DNA of 64,000 nt, taken from Eledone cirrhosa (lineage: Eukaryota). The translations under genes and the position numbers were made by a program. Shown in pieces: positions 12,692 to 27,610 of this stretch. The notes below the pieces were generated by a model. It saw only the letters and a list, made by a program, of their open reading frames with translations. It searched no databases and had not been told where the DNA came from. Numbering within the stretch: position 1 is the first letter of the stretch; the number at the start of each line of letters is the position of its first letter. The DNA is taken from assembly GCA_964016885.1 (NCBI GenBank), contig OZ024745.1, forward strand, positions 72,788,001 to 72,852,000, in the 5' to 3' direction.

Positions 12692-12883
12692 ATACCCGGT
12701 GTGGATTGGCAGTATCGGTAGAGAGTCGGATGCCATGCTTTCCAGCATAGTTACGTCCTCCCTTTACGGTCTGAGTTCAAATCCCGCCGAGGTTAACTTT
12801 GCCTTTCATCCTTACGGGGTCGATAAAATAAAGTACCAGTAATGTACTGGGTAATTGATGGCCTTGTGCCAAAAGTAGAAACA
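12692..12883 (+). mobile_element. tRNA-derived SINE (family 1) in the RTE 5' UTR
   Basis: A/B boxes; ATTATTAATATTATT duplicated at 12677-12691 and 12884-12898. Confidence 0.9.
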
Positions 12884-13367
12884 ATTATTAATATTATTGT
12901 TGATGTATTCTATCGCTACTTTGCCATGCGGTATTCTATCGGCTACTTTGCCATGCGGCGACCCTCTCTCTATGATGGCTACCCCCTCTCTATCTCTCTC
13001 TAAGCCACCCATTACCTCTTCACCCATTCCACCTCACTCATCTTGAAGCTATTGAAGAGATAAGACACTCTATTCTGAAAGGCTAAAATGAATCACTAGA
13101 GTTGATTTGGCTTCGTTCCAGTCATCCATCTTGACGGCGACCCTCTCTCCCTACCTCACAATTTCCCTCCCACCACCATAGCCTATTCGACCAATCAAAC
13201 CTCAGCATGCCATTTTTTCTGCTACTACTACCTAACTAACTCTCTCCTCCCCTGTCCCAGCCCAACACACCCTGCCATTATTCCACCACCACTGTTCTTC
13301 TAGCCCTGAATTTTCCTACCGTTATGGATGGATGAGCTGAGAATAACTCTGAATTAATAGATGAAAT

Positions 13368-16300
13368 ATGAATCTGCGAGCTACCAAGCACCCATGTGAA
13401 GCGCCAATCCAGAGACCCTCCCCTACCAGTGTCGACAAATGCCCAAAACTCCGAGTTGGTACCATCAATGTAAGCACAATGAAAGGAAGAGCAGGAGAAA
13501 TCGTAGAAATGCTAGAGCGAAAGGAAATTGATGAATGCTGTGTGCAAGAGACTAGATGGAGAGGAGAGTCTGCTAGAGTCCTCGTTGGAAAAAGTCGGTG
13601 CTACAAATTTTTCTGGGTGGGAAATGACGATGGGATGGGTGGTGTAGGTATACTACTAGCTGATAAGTGGGTAGATAAAGTAATCTCAGTGTACAGGGTA
13701 AATGCAAGAATCATTAAACTCAGACTAGTCCTGAATAAAACAATTACCACAATAATATCAGCTTACGCACCCCAATCGGGGTTGACAGACGAACTTAAGG
13801 ATAGGTTTTACGAGTCCCTAATGCACACTACTGCTCTAACAAACGACAATGACTTCCTAATCATCGCAGGAGATTTTAACGGACACGTAGGTAAACACTG
13901 CGACGGCTTCAATAGAGTCCATGGCGGCCATGGGGTTGGCACAAGAAATGAGGAAGGATTCAGACTTCTAGAATTCTGCGACGCCAATGACATGTCGATA
14001 TGTAACACAAACTTCAAAAAACCCGACAACCACCTGATCACCTATAGATCAGGGGAGCACTCTAGTCAGATAGATTTTATCCTCATCAGAGGACGTGACA
14101 GATGGACGGTCGTAAACACAAAAGCCTTCCCTAGTGAGGAATGTACATCCCAACATAGCTTAGTTGTCAGCGACCTCACAGTCAGAACTAGACGAACCTG
14201 GAAACAGAGGCCAACCTGGAGAAGAAAGATCTGGAAGCTGAAAGACCCCTCAACCAGTAACAGATTTAAAGATATTTTACTCAACGCCTACGACAGTAAA
14301 GAAGAACAGATAGAGACATTCAATGTAGAAGAGAACTGGGAGTTCCTAAAAAATAACTTACTAGAGGCGACGGATGAGGTCTGTGGCTGGAGTAAGACCT
14401 CAAGCAGGAGGAGAGTGACTTGGTGGTGGAACAATAAGGTAGATGAGGCAGTTAAGACCAAGAGAGAGGCATGGAAAGAATGGAAGAACGGGGGGAGCAG
14501 GGTGCGTTACATAGAGACCAAGAGGGAAGCTAGGCGACAAGTATACTTAGCTAGGAGGGAGGCAGAGGATAGAAAATTCAAGCATGTTTTGAAACATGAG
14601 GACCAGAAACAGGAGGTGTTCAAGATTGCGAGGCAGTGTGTCAGAGAGAATTATGATGTCATTGGAGAGAAGTGTATCCGGAATGATAAAGGTGAGCTTG
14701 CCCTCACAAGTGCTGAGAAGAAAGATGCATGGAAGAGTCATTATGATAGATTACTAAATGAGGAGAATGCATGGGAAGAAGAGACCCTACCCCAAGTAGA
14801 CCCTATAGAGGGGCCAGCAGTACAAGTCAGCAGCAGCGTAGTAAGTAAGGCAATCAAAGATATGAAGATGGGGAAGGCAACCGGTCCATCGGGTATAGCT
14901 GCCGAGATACTGAAGGCATCTGGGTCTGTAGGTCACACTATAACCACACGTATTGTTAACCAGGTAATACTAGGTGACATACCAAAAGATTGGTGCAGTA
15001 GCATCATTGTCAACTGCTACAAAGGTAAGGGTGATGCACTAGATAGAGGAAACTATAGAGGTATAAAGCTGATGGACCAGGTCATGAAAGTAACAGAAAG
15101 AGTTATAGCACAGTTGATTAGGGACCGGGTGAAACTAGACGAGATGCAATTTGGGTTTGTACCAGGAAGAGGCACCACTGATGCCCTCTTCCTTGTCAGG
15201 CAGTTACAGGAAAAGTACCTAGCTAAAAGTAAGCCACTCTACCTGGCATTTGTCGACCTCGAGAAAGCCTTTGACAGAGTTCCACGTGCTGTAATCTGGT
15301 GGGCTCTTAGAAAACTAGGAGTAGATGAATGGGTTGTGAAAGTGGTACAAGCCACGTATAGGGGAGCAGTCAGCAAAGTTAGGATTAGCAATGAGTATAG
15401 CGAGGAATTTAGCGTACAGGTTGGGGTCCACCAGGGCTCTGTTCTTAGCCTCCTCCTGTTCATTATAGTCCTGCAGGCAATAACGGAGGAGTTTAAGACC
15501 GGATGCCCATGGGAACTCCTGTATGCTGATGACCTCGCACTTATAGCTGAATCTATGGTAGAACTAGAGAAGAAATTCCAAACTTGGAAGCAGGGACTAG
15601 AAAGAAAGGGTCTCAAAGTCAACATGACAAAGACTAAGGTCCTTGTAAGTAGACGAGAAAACAGAACCCAGATCCCCTCAGGGAAATGGCCTTGCTCAGT
15701 ATGTAGGAAAGGTGTAGGTAGGAACTCTATTCTCTGCCCCAAATGCAAACAATGGGTACACAAGAGATGTAGCGGGGTCTCAGGAAGCTTAATTAAGAAT
15801 GTAGGCTTCACGTGCAGCAGCTGTGCTGGGACAGCAAGCAGCAAACACCAACAGGAAACAAGTACCACCAATCTCTGGAAGGGCTCTGTAGAAACAATAG
15901 ACAGATTCTGCTACCTAGGTGACCGAATTAGCAGCAGAGGTGGGTGTTCAGAAAGTACAATAACTAGGGTAAGAACGGGATGGAAGAAGTTTAGGGAACT
16001 ACTGCCACTGCTAGCTGCAAAAGGCTTCTCCCTCAAAATGAAAGGCAGACTGTATGATGCGTGTATCCGAACAGCGATGTTGCATTGTAGTGAGGTTTGG
16101 GCGCTGAAGGTGGAAGACTTACGTAGATTAGAGAGAAACGAAGCCTGCATGCTCCGATGGATGTGTAATAGTAATATACGCGAACGACAAAGCATAAATG
16201 AATTGAGAGAGAGACTAAGCATAAGAGGAATCAAATGCTGTGTGCAGGAGAGGCGGTTGCATTGGTATGGACATGTGATGCGTATGAAGGATGACAGCTG

Positions 16301-16487
16301 CAGAAAAAGGTGCAGAGCACTAGAAGTCAATAGAAACCGCGGAGTGGGGAGACCCAAGATGACCTGGGATGAGGTGATAAAAGCCGACCTTACCCAATTA
16401 CACCTCTCAAAGGCGATGACACATGACCATGACCTCTGGCGTCACGCAGTAATACAGAATACCCGACCTCCCATGGGTACAAGCTGA
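13368..16487 (+). CDS. RTE ORF: APE endonuclease + reverse transcriptase with internal C4HC3 (PHD-like) finger
   Basis: 1039 aa without stops; APE motifs QETRW, SAYAP, GDFN, QIDF, SQH; RT motifs DLEKAFD, HQGS, YADD, FCYLG. Confidence 0.95.
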   Translation: MNLRATKHPCEAPIQRPSPTSVDKCPKLRVGTINVSTMKGRAGEIVEMLERKEIDECCVQETRWRGESARVLVGKSRCYKFFWVGNDDGMGGVGILLADKWVDKVISVYRVNARIIKLRLVLNKTITTIISAYAPQSGLTDELKDRFYESLMHTTALTNDNDFLIIAGDFNGHVGKHCDGFNRVHGGHGVGTRNEEGFRLLEFCDANDMSICNTNFKKPDNHLITYRSGEHSSQIDFILIRGRDRWTVVNTKAFPSEECTSQHSLVVSDLTVRTRRTWKQRPTWRRKIWKLKDPSTSNRFKDILLNAYDSKEEQIETFNVEENWEFLKNNLLEATDEVCGWSKTSSRRRVTWWWNNKVDEAVKTKREAWKEWKNGGSRVRYIETKREARRQVYLARREAEDRKFKHVLKHEDQKQEVFKIARQCVRENYDVIGEKCIRNDKGELALTSAEKKDAWKSHYDRLLNEENAWEEETLPQVDPIEGPAVQVSSSVVSKAIKDMKMGKATGPSGIAAEILKASGSVGHTITTRIVNQVILGDIPKDWCSSIIVNCYKGKGDALDRGNYRGIKLMDQVMKVTERVIAQLIRDRVKLDEMQFGFVPGRGTTDALFLVRQLQEKYLAKSKPLYLAFVDLEKAFDRVPRAVIWWALRKLGVDEWVVKVVQATYRGAVSKVRISNEYSEEFSVQVGVHQGSVLSLLLFIIVLQAITEEFKTGCPWELLYADDLALIAESMVELEKKFQTWKQGLERKGLKVNMTKTKVLVSRRENRTQIPSGKWPCSVCRKGVGRNSILCPKCKQWVHKRCSGVSGSLIKNVGFTCSSCAGTASSKHQQETSTTNLWKGSVETIDRFCYLGDRISSRGGCSESTITRVRTGWKKFRELLPLLAAKGFSLKMKGRLYDACIRTAMLHCSEVWALKVEDLRRLERNEACMLRWMCNSNIRERQSINELRERLSIRGIKCCVQERRLHWYGHVMRMKDDSCRKRCRALEVNRNRGVGRPKMTWDEVIKADLTQLHLSKAMTHDHDLWRHAVIQNTRPPMGTS

Positions 16488-16794
16488 AGCATATAGACAA
16501 TATGCCTCCACACCCTCCCACTGCAAGGTGGTCGTGGAGGTGCCACGGCAAAAAAGCACCCAGCCCACACTGTAAAGTGGACGTGTAGGCGCCACGAAAA
16601 AGCACCCAGCACTCACTGTAAATGAGATTGGTGTTAGGAAGGGCATCCAGCTGTAGAAATCAAGCCAAATCAGTTCCTGTATGAGCAAGGCATGGTCAGC
16701 CGACCAGACACTACCCACAACAGGACAACCCGTCTCACCCATGCTAGCGTGGAAGAACGGACGTAAAACGGTGATGATGATGATGATGATGATG

Positions 16795-17515
16795 ACTCTA
16801 TTTACGTCTATTATCTTATCTACCCATTTTTCTGCTAACATGATTCCTACCCCACCCAGCCCATTGTCATTTCCCACCCAGAAAAGCTTATAGCATCGTT
16901 TTTTACCCACAATGAATCTAGCAGTCCCACCCCTCCACCTGGTCTCTTGGATACAGCAAACATCAACCTCCTTACGTTCAAGCATTTCTACAACCTCATT
17001 AGAGCGACCTTTTAAGGTGCCTACATTCATGGTACCAACTCTGAAGTTTTGGATTATATTTGGTGGGTTGGAACGGTGGGACGCGGGGATGGGTAAGGGG
17101 GATGGGGTTGGGGTTATGTTGGCCATCCGCGGCCGAAACAAAGAGGAGGAGTTTTTGCCTTTTCGTCCGGCAACATGAGGTGAATTTGTCTTTATCTTTG
17201 ACATTGTCACTGAGTGTCCAGATTTTTTAGACTCTCCAGAATTCCTTAGTCCATCCATCATATCGAAAAGCAACCAGAAGAAGTGATAGCATAGGCCGCT
17301 GACTTATGATTGGTCCAAATAATAATGGGGGCGGGTGGGAGAGGTATGGGGTAGTTAGCGAGAGCGTTTAAATAAAATCCTTGAATTTTAGGCATAATTG
17401 GACAAGCATATAACAGTAATAAGCGAATAATGGGGTAGTTAGCGAGAGGGTTTAAATAAAATCCTCAAATTTGGGGCATAATTGGACAACAAATAACAGT
17501 AATAAGCGAATAATG
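16795..17515 (-). mobile_element. 5' part (UTR + APE N-terminus) of the older RTE
   Basis: RVGTMNVGTLKG...QETRW...WVDKIIDVNRV joins NDRIIKIRLV at ~12500 once the insertion is removed. Confidence 0.9.
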
Positions 17516-17584
17516 GGATTTTAAAATACAAGAAATTATTTAGAACAACCAGACAGAATTATAGAATAGCATTGAGAAAGAGCA

Positions 17585-17618
<34 letters not shown>

Positions 17619-17620
<2 letters not shown>

Positions 17621-18433
17621 CAAAGGAATTGTGGTAAGGAACCAGATGGACCATAACGCACCAGAGTACTCAATACTAGGGTAGTAGAGTGGGAAATAGG
17701 AAAAAGTATGACGCCGACAGCAGAGCTCAAGCCGTTTCGACGGCTATTTCTGGACTAAATTAGAATTTTTAGCCTGGTGAATAAATAGCCGAACTTTTCA
17801 AGGGGGTACTTCCTTATATGGGAAGATTGTAGTTGTCAAGTGGATTGGTTAAAATTTGTTGTAAACACAAATAAGTCTATCATGGCATTTGGTGGGAGGT
17901 AGGGGTGGCTGAACTTGCCTGTAGAATAATAGGGGAGTGAGTGGACGGTCAAGCATTGAAAGTGATATGTATACAGCAGAATAGTGTATGAAGTGGAGGA
18001 GGGAGGTTATAGAATAGGTAAATCTAATGAGAGTAGGAGACAATGAAAGATAATAGAAATAAATTAAAAAAAAGATATAAAATTAGATAGTGAGAAATGA
18101 TTAAAAAAAATCACAATGCTATCTTACAATTACAGGTTAATAAGTTGAGAATATAAAAAACTTGTAGAAATTGAGTAGTACCAGAACTGATACAGAATTA
18201 AAGGGGTTTAACACGTCTGCTATAAGTAGTTAGTAAAATGTATTTGGCCCATTCTATCTTAAAAATACAGTGGTGGGGGAAGTGATGCTTCAGAGGCCCG
18301 ATGGGCTGCATCGCGGTAGGCGAAGGGGAAAAGCAGACGAGGAAGAAAATAGGGGGTGGAAGGAAATGATTTTAGTCCAAAAATAGCCGTTGAAACAGCT
18401 TGAGCTCTGCCTGCCGTCGGGGTCATACTTTTT

Positions 18434-18436
<3 letters not shown>
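17619..18436 (-). mobile_element. Non-autonomous Penelope-like element with inverted repeat and degenerate hammerhead, inserted in (TA)n
   Basis: Inverted arms ~17696-17762 and ~18372-18436; minus-strand TTGAAAA-long stem-GAAACGGC...GCTGTC; TA runs on both sides. Confidence 0.6.
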
Positions 18437-18470
<34 letters not shown>

Positions 18471-19199
18471 AAATCAAAATCTATCAGTGGTAACTGAACT
18501 AAAGAAAAAACTATAAAACCATGAAGCTAAACACAAAATTTGTAATGGGAAAATACTGAGTAACCTATCTATGATATATAAACCGGACTTCAGTAAGAAA
18601 TTTGCTGCAAATGTCGAAATAACAACAAAGCCATTGAAAATATGCTTTATGTGAATTTCCTGTGAAATCTACAACATAAACATTTCTTTTCAAAGTCATA
18701 AGAACTGGAGTGAAGTTTGCTTGCTTAGTACACAATGTCACATAAGTAGGGCAGCATTTAAGTGTTGATTTCTTTTTTCTTGAAAACCTTCTATGTGTAT
18801 GAGACGTATGTGTGTGTGCATGTGTAACTAACAATCTTCAATTGTTAAGCAATTATACCACTTGGTAGAATGTGGGACCATATGTAAGCAAGATGCAAAC
18901 CCACAGCTTTTCTGGGAGATCAGTAGCTCTACTTCAGTACTGACTCAGTTCATGAAGACCCATTTAATCCTGGCTAGCAGGGAAAGTGGATGTTAAATGA
19001 TGAAAATGATGATGATTTTCAGTGAATGGTATATACATATGTTCAATATAATATGAGAAATCCAGCAGAAGAAAATCTAATAAAGTCAAAATTGTCAATA
19101 TATAAACATACATGTTAGAAAAAGTTTTATCAGATAAAAGCTACACATAGAAGTATTATGAGGTTATTTAAACATTGTATACAATTATAAATCAAAGAG

Positions 19200-19670
19200 A
19201 ATCATCATCATTGTCATCATTTTATGTTAGATTGTCCATGCTTGCATTGGTTGAATGGATTTTCAACAATCTATTGTCATTACATTCAAGAGGGTCAGCA
19301 TTCTAAGATTAGTCTTTATTACTTCTGACCATAAATTCTTTGATCTTTCTTCTACTACAGGCTTAATCCACTTAGATTGCTTGGCACCTCTTCACCTGTC
19401 ATACACATCAAATATCCATATCAGCACAGTCTTCTCTCTTCTATACTTTAGTTGACTTTTTCTTATAACTATTTTTAAACCCTCAGCTTATTTGTGCTGT
19501 TACTTATAAACACTAACATTACACATCTAATGAAACATAATTGCCTCTGCCATCACATATCCTCTGCAATACCCATTCCATTTCTATGTAGTATTGCACT
19601 TTATAAACAATCATCCAATACGTCCTTCATTTAAAGAGTACCAAATGTAATAGCTCCTTGAACTTTTAGG
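19200..19670 (-). mobile_element. Decayed RTE 3' end
   Basis: (TCA)n tail plus the CCATGCTTGCAT 3'-end motif shared with the RTE copies; decayed C-terminal coding remnants. Confidence 0.55.
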
Positions 19671-20084
19671 CGGGGTGGTCAAACATCCCGTCTAACTGGA
19701 TATAGTATACTGGCACATAGTCAAACAAGGAAGAAGGAACATACCTCAATATTATGTTATAGAAACATTTTTAATTAGAGCAATTAAAGAATATATTCAA
19801 ATACATCAGTGCTCCTAGGTTGGGATATTTTTCAATCGTCATATACTGCCGCGACCGCATGGTGTGATATCGCCTTTTGGGTCACTGCGTGGAAATACGT
19901 CTATTCCCTCCGAGGTATCATCGTTCAATTAACATTGTTTCAGCTACTGATGTCAGAACTAAGGGCAGTTAATCGACTGCCTTCACAGTCAACGCTATGA
20001 TTTCACAACCTCTGCTGCTGATCGTACCTGAAGGTTTCTATTAGTTCTAGCAATCATTTTAAAACAACCATCTTATGGGTATAT

Positions 20085-20420
20085 GGTATGGTCCCATAAC
20101 TTCTGACGGAGCGAGTCGTAGTAGCACCATAGTGGCATACAGTGTTTCTTGGGCATTTTAAGCCTAGCAGAGCCCATTCCTCTCCAGGCCTGAACACAGC
20201 AGATTTCTTCCAGAGAAGAATAGAAAGTTAGAGAAACAAAGTGAGAAAAAGACATAGAGGAAGAATTGACCCCAGTATTAAACTGGTACTTTCTTTTATC
20301 TATCTCGAAAGGATAAAAGACAAAGTTGACCTCAATGGGATAGTAGAGCAGAGAGCTGGAACAAGTACCACAAAGCAGTCTATTTAACATTCTAGCAACT
20401 CTACCAATTCGTCAGCTATA
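20085..20420 (-). mobile_element. SINE family 2 (related head, longer 3' tail)
   Basis: Shares the AAAGTTGACC/GTACCAG core with family 1 and its tail with 58383-58710. Confidence 0.7.
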
Positions 20421-20459
20421 TGGGTATATACATTTTATATATAAATATATATATATATA

Positions 20460-21033
20460 CAAATTAAAATATTACGAAAGAGAATACAGACTGTTACAAC
20501 ATGTTTATAAAATAAGCTCCTACGTATGTTTCGCCCAAAAAAGGCTTCACAAGGGCATATAATGCAAGTGTTCAATACAGAACCCAGAAGGGGTTTTTTA
20601 AATGATAACAACATCGAAGTTCATGTTTATTTCAAACACACATTGCTGTTTGTATAAACAGCCATGTGTGTTTGAAATAGAAACAGTCATGTGTGTTTGA
20701 GATAAACATGAACTTCGATGTTGTTATCATTTTAAAACCCCTTCTGGGATCTGTATTGAACATTTTCTTGCATTGTATGCCCTTGATAAGCCCTCTTCGG
20801 GCGAAACGTACGTGGGAGCTTATTTTATAAATATGTTCTAACAGTCTGTATTCTCTTTCTAATATTTTCATTTGTAACTGCTCTGCTTATATCTCCCCCA
20901 CTAAATATTAACACTTCCGATATTTAAATATGTAGGCACAAGTATTGAGCACAAATGCGCCAGCTTATGGCAACTAACTATATGTATCGCCTCTCCCATA
21001 AACCTTCTACTCTCTCATGTTACGAAAATATTT
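20460..21033 (+). mobile_element. Fold-back Penelope pLTR-like element with degenerate minimal hammerhead
   Basis: ~180-bp inverted arms (20461-20640 and 20690-20873), unique tail, TA flanks; GCCC-TTGATAA-GCCC/GGGC-GAAAC-GTAC-GT at 20779-20819. Confidence 0.65.
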
Positions 21034-21047
21034 TATATATATATATA

Positions 21048-21343
21048 ATTGAAGTAATTCCGTCGGAAAAGTCCAGGAAAAAAGAGTGCTCTATGTAGGT
21101 AACAGAGCTTAATAGTTATGTAATAAACAACATAAGGCAATTATTCCATTTACCAGTGGTTTCTTAATGCAATCTATATGAAAGTGAGCCTCACTTTCAT
21201 ATAGATTGCATTTTTGTTTTTAAAATCCAAATTCAATAAACAGACCAGGATTTTTTCATTCTGAGGATTGAAAGCAAAATTTTTTGCTTTTAAGAAACCA
21301 CTGGTAGATGGAATAATTGCCTTATGTTGTTTATTACATAACT
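21048..21343. mobile_element. Small fold-back element carrying an intact hammerhead
   Basis: Arms 21113-21166 and 21290-21343, internal palindrome 21165-21212, tail 21048-21112, TA flanks. Confidence 0.65.
21254..21313 (+). ncRNA. Type I hammerhead ribozyme (intact core)
   Basis: Stem I TTCATT/GATGGA; CUGAGGA; long A/U-rich stem II; GAAA; stem III ACC/GGT; GUA cleavage triplet at 21304-21306. Confidence 0.78.
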
Positions 21344-21361
21344 ATATATATATATATATAT

Positions 21362-24688
<3,327 letters not shown>

Positions 24689-24898
24689 GCAAAAACTCAA
24701 AATTGTACACCATTAGTAAATCTTTTTAGTTCACTATAATTTGACCTTTAGATTTTGTTTCATTGGATTTCTGATTTATTATATCACATGTATAATATAA
24801 TGTACCAGTTCAATGTTAGGATCAATTCTCTCTCCCTCTCTTTCTGTCTGAAAGTAATCAGCTGCGTTCAGACCTGGAGAGGAATGGGCTAGATTTAA

Positions 24899-25130
24899 CC
24901 CTTTTATTACCATATTTCTAATGAAAGACTGCATGTGTGATTCAAATAATTTTGAAAATAATCAAGAGTTTCGAAGGATTTAGTTGTATAACTAACTTTC
25001 TCATTATTAAGCTGGTGTTTGAAACAAAATGTTCCTTTCATAAAATTATGAAAGTATAAACCCTCTAAAAACAAAAGGATTACTGCATCATGAAATCAAA
25101 AGCAGTCTTATACTGGTAGGATCAAAAGGG
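24899..25130. mobile_element. piggyBac-like MITE
   Basis: TTAA|CCCTTTT...AAAAGGG|TGAA termini; interrupts a SINE-2 tail at its TTAA. Confidence 0.65.
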
Positions 25131-26393
25131 TGAAAATGCCCTCTGAATCCATCAGGAGTTCAGAACCCTTCGCTAATAAGAATATACTTTTTCAGACTAT
25201 ATTAACCACATCTATACAGATGAAACATATAAATAAAATTTACATCTGCACAAGATTTTGATCATTTTCAACATTAATTATCATTTTCCTTTTTAGGATG
25301 TGTATATAGTACCTAACTAGATTCAAATTAGCAATATTTATGAATCTAGTTCAGGTAGAAAATATGGAGACAATTTTATCTCTAAATACCAGGCTAATAC
25401 TCCTAAAAATAACATCTCAAACATATAGTATACATGGTTGTAAGCACAGAAAAAGAGATGGAAAAATGATAATATACACTCATGATTTATTAATTATTAA
25501 ACCAGCTATTTTAAATGTATTGATTGTGCAGATTGAGTTTATTTCAAGTAACTATGTCAGAAACAGGGCATTTGACACATTTCTATACTAACAATGTAAA
25601 ACAATAACAAATACAAATGGAGGAAATCCTTAAAACTATACCAAAGTTCACAATCTTTGTCAACCTTTCTAATAAATTCATTTACAAGTTGACATTTCAC
25701 TGTCGTACTGTTATGTTTAAAATAGTGGACCTTTAGAGATGAATTTGTTGAATCCTACTGAAGTTCTAAACATTATTCTTTATACACTATACCAGACAAA
25801 CTCATAAATAAGTTGCAGTTTTTTTACTAAAACAAATAAAACATCAGGTTTGAAAAGCTGCGTAATATTTATCTATCAAACTTTGTTCTGAGTGAGATTT
25901 ACAGAATTCTTTCTCTCTCTCACACAAGCATACACACAGGCAAATGATCAAAAATAGAAAGGGTTAGTCATGTCACTAATTGACCGTTGGTCCTTATGAA
26001 TATCAACATTATAATCAAATATATGTTGATGATATCGAGTGAAAAAATAAAAATGAGTTCAACATGTGTAAAATATATATGTTTAGTTTTCTATTGATCA
26101 GCTATAATCCTAATGTTCAATAGACTCTTGCTACATATACTGTCAATTAGGAGTAGTGATTCAAAAGCACTGGTTGGTCTGCTTCTTTGGGCATAAAAAA
26201 TATTGTTCATTATGGCATTTAAGACTTTGAGTTGATATTAATTAAATTAATTAATTAATTTGCAAGCAGTATTCATGAAAAAGTGTATACTATTTATGTA
26301 TGGTTCAAATCCTGAAGTCAAAATACAAGATCTGTAAAAATAAACATAAACCTCAGGCTGGAAAAAAATTACATATTTCGTAGGGTTCAAATG

Positions 26394-27120
26394 CTAATCC
26401 TCTTCAAAGTAGACCCCTTGTGTTTCCACAGAGCCCAGCAATTCTTCCACCATTTGAAGCATATGTGAAATGTTTCTTCTAGAATAGCTCTCAGCTCTGC
26501 TGTTACTGTCTCTCTCAAAGCAGGAAACTTTCAGTGGTATCTTCATTTTGCAGGGCAACCTGAAGTTAAATGGGGCCATATTTGGAGAGGAGGGAGGATG
26601 ATGAATGAGAAAAGTGCTTTTTTGAGGGGCAAGAAATCTTGGATCAGTTGCCAAATGAACTGAGACATTGTCATTGTGCATATGCCAGGATTCTAAGGCT
26701 CACAAATCTTGTCTCTTGCACTGAACTGCATCACAATGATGTTGGAGGACTTCTTCATAGTAACCCTTTGTAACTATTTGTCCTTCTGATGCATATTCCT
26801 GATGCATAACATTTCAGTCATCAAATATTTAGCATCAGCTTGATTTTGATTTGTATCTGATGTGCTTTTGTGAGTCTTAGTGACATTGGATGCTTTCATT
26901 GTGATGACTCAGCTCTGATGTCCAAGTCGTACTATACACCTATATCTCATCTTCAGTTATCACAGTATTCAGGAACTCAGGATCCTTGTTTGATAGTATC
27001 CATCAGGTCCTTCATAACCTTAAGATGAAGTTATTGTTGTTCCTGAGAAAGCAACTTGGTTATAAATTTCACTTTCACTCTGTGAATGCCCACATTTTCC
27101 TTTAAAATTGAATGTTGAGA
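26394..27120 (-). pseudogene. Decayed mariner transposase
   Basis: HNDN...HPPSSPNMAPFNFRL..KMK resembles the mariner HDNA...HPPYSPDLAPxDF motif; C-terminal GVYFE. Confidence 0.7.
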
Positions 27121-27149
27121 ATCTTTACTGATTTCCCACACTACCACCC

Positions 27150-27610
27150 TTTTAACACTTATTTCACCCTACTTGCATGGAAGGGCAGTTGTCTTCTCCA
27201 GCACTGTGCATCACATTCCATTGTTATCCCTATTGTGAGGTTTAGCTTTTTGATGTTAGCTTTCACCAATTCATCCTAGGTTTTCCTCTTCCACAGTTCC
27301 ATCTACTATGTGTGACCTGCACATCTTTATATAGCTAACAACTTCCACAAGCATCACATATCCATAGGAGGGTCCTACATCTGATCCTGCTTAATTTCAG
27401 TTCTTCTCTCAACACAGTATTGATTTATCATTTAAGTAAACTTTCGTGGCCTGATCCATCAACTTCATGCCACAACAGTTTCTTCTCTTTGCCTTTGTAG
27501 CTATGCTAGTCATTGGGTATGACATTACCTAATATACTATACGTGATGATAACATGTTACCTGCCATACTGGATATTTTCAGCATCTCAGGGACTATCTC
27601 AGATTGTTCA
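27150..27610 (-). mobile_element. Decayed, internally deleted RTE fragment
   Basis: 3' end motif and RT N-terminal remnants similar to the intact RTE. Confidence 0.55.

Larger units (their letters stand above)
12505..16794 (+). mobile_element. Young full-length RTE LINE inserted into the older RTE
   Basis: ~860-bp 5' region, single long ORF, 3' UTR, (TGA)n tail; ACTCT duplicated at 12500-12504 and 16795-16799. Confidence 0.9.

Noticed and set aside
18565-18834. 89-aa minus ORF with a nearby AG acceptor as a possible host exon
   Set aside because: No good donor in a compatible phase and no FN3 or signal-peptide features.
19680-20070. GC-richer segment, possibly a DNA-transposase remnant
   Set aside because: No motif could be identified with confidence.
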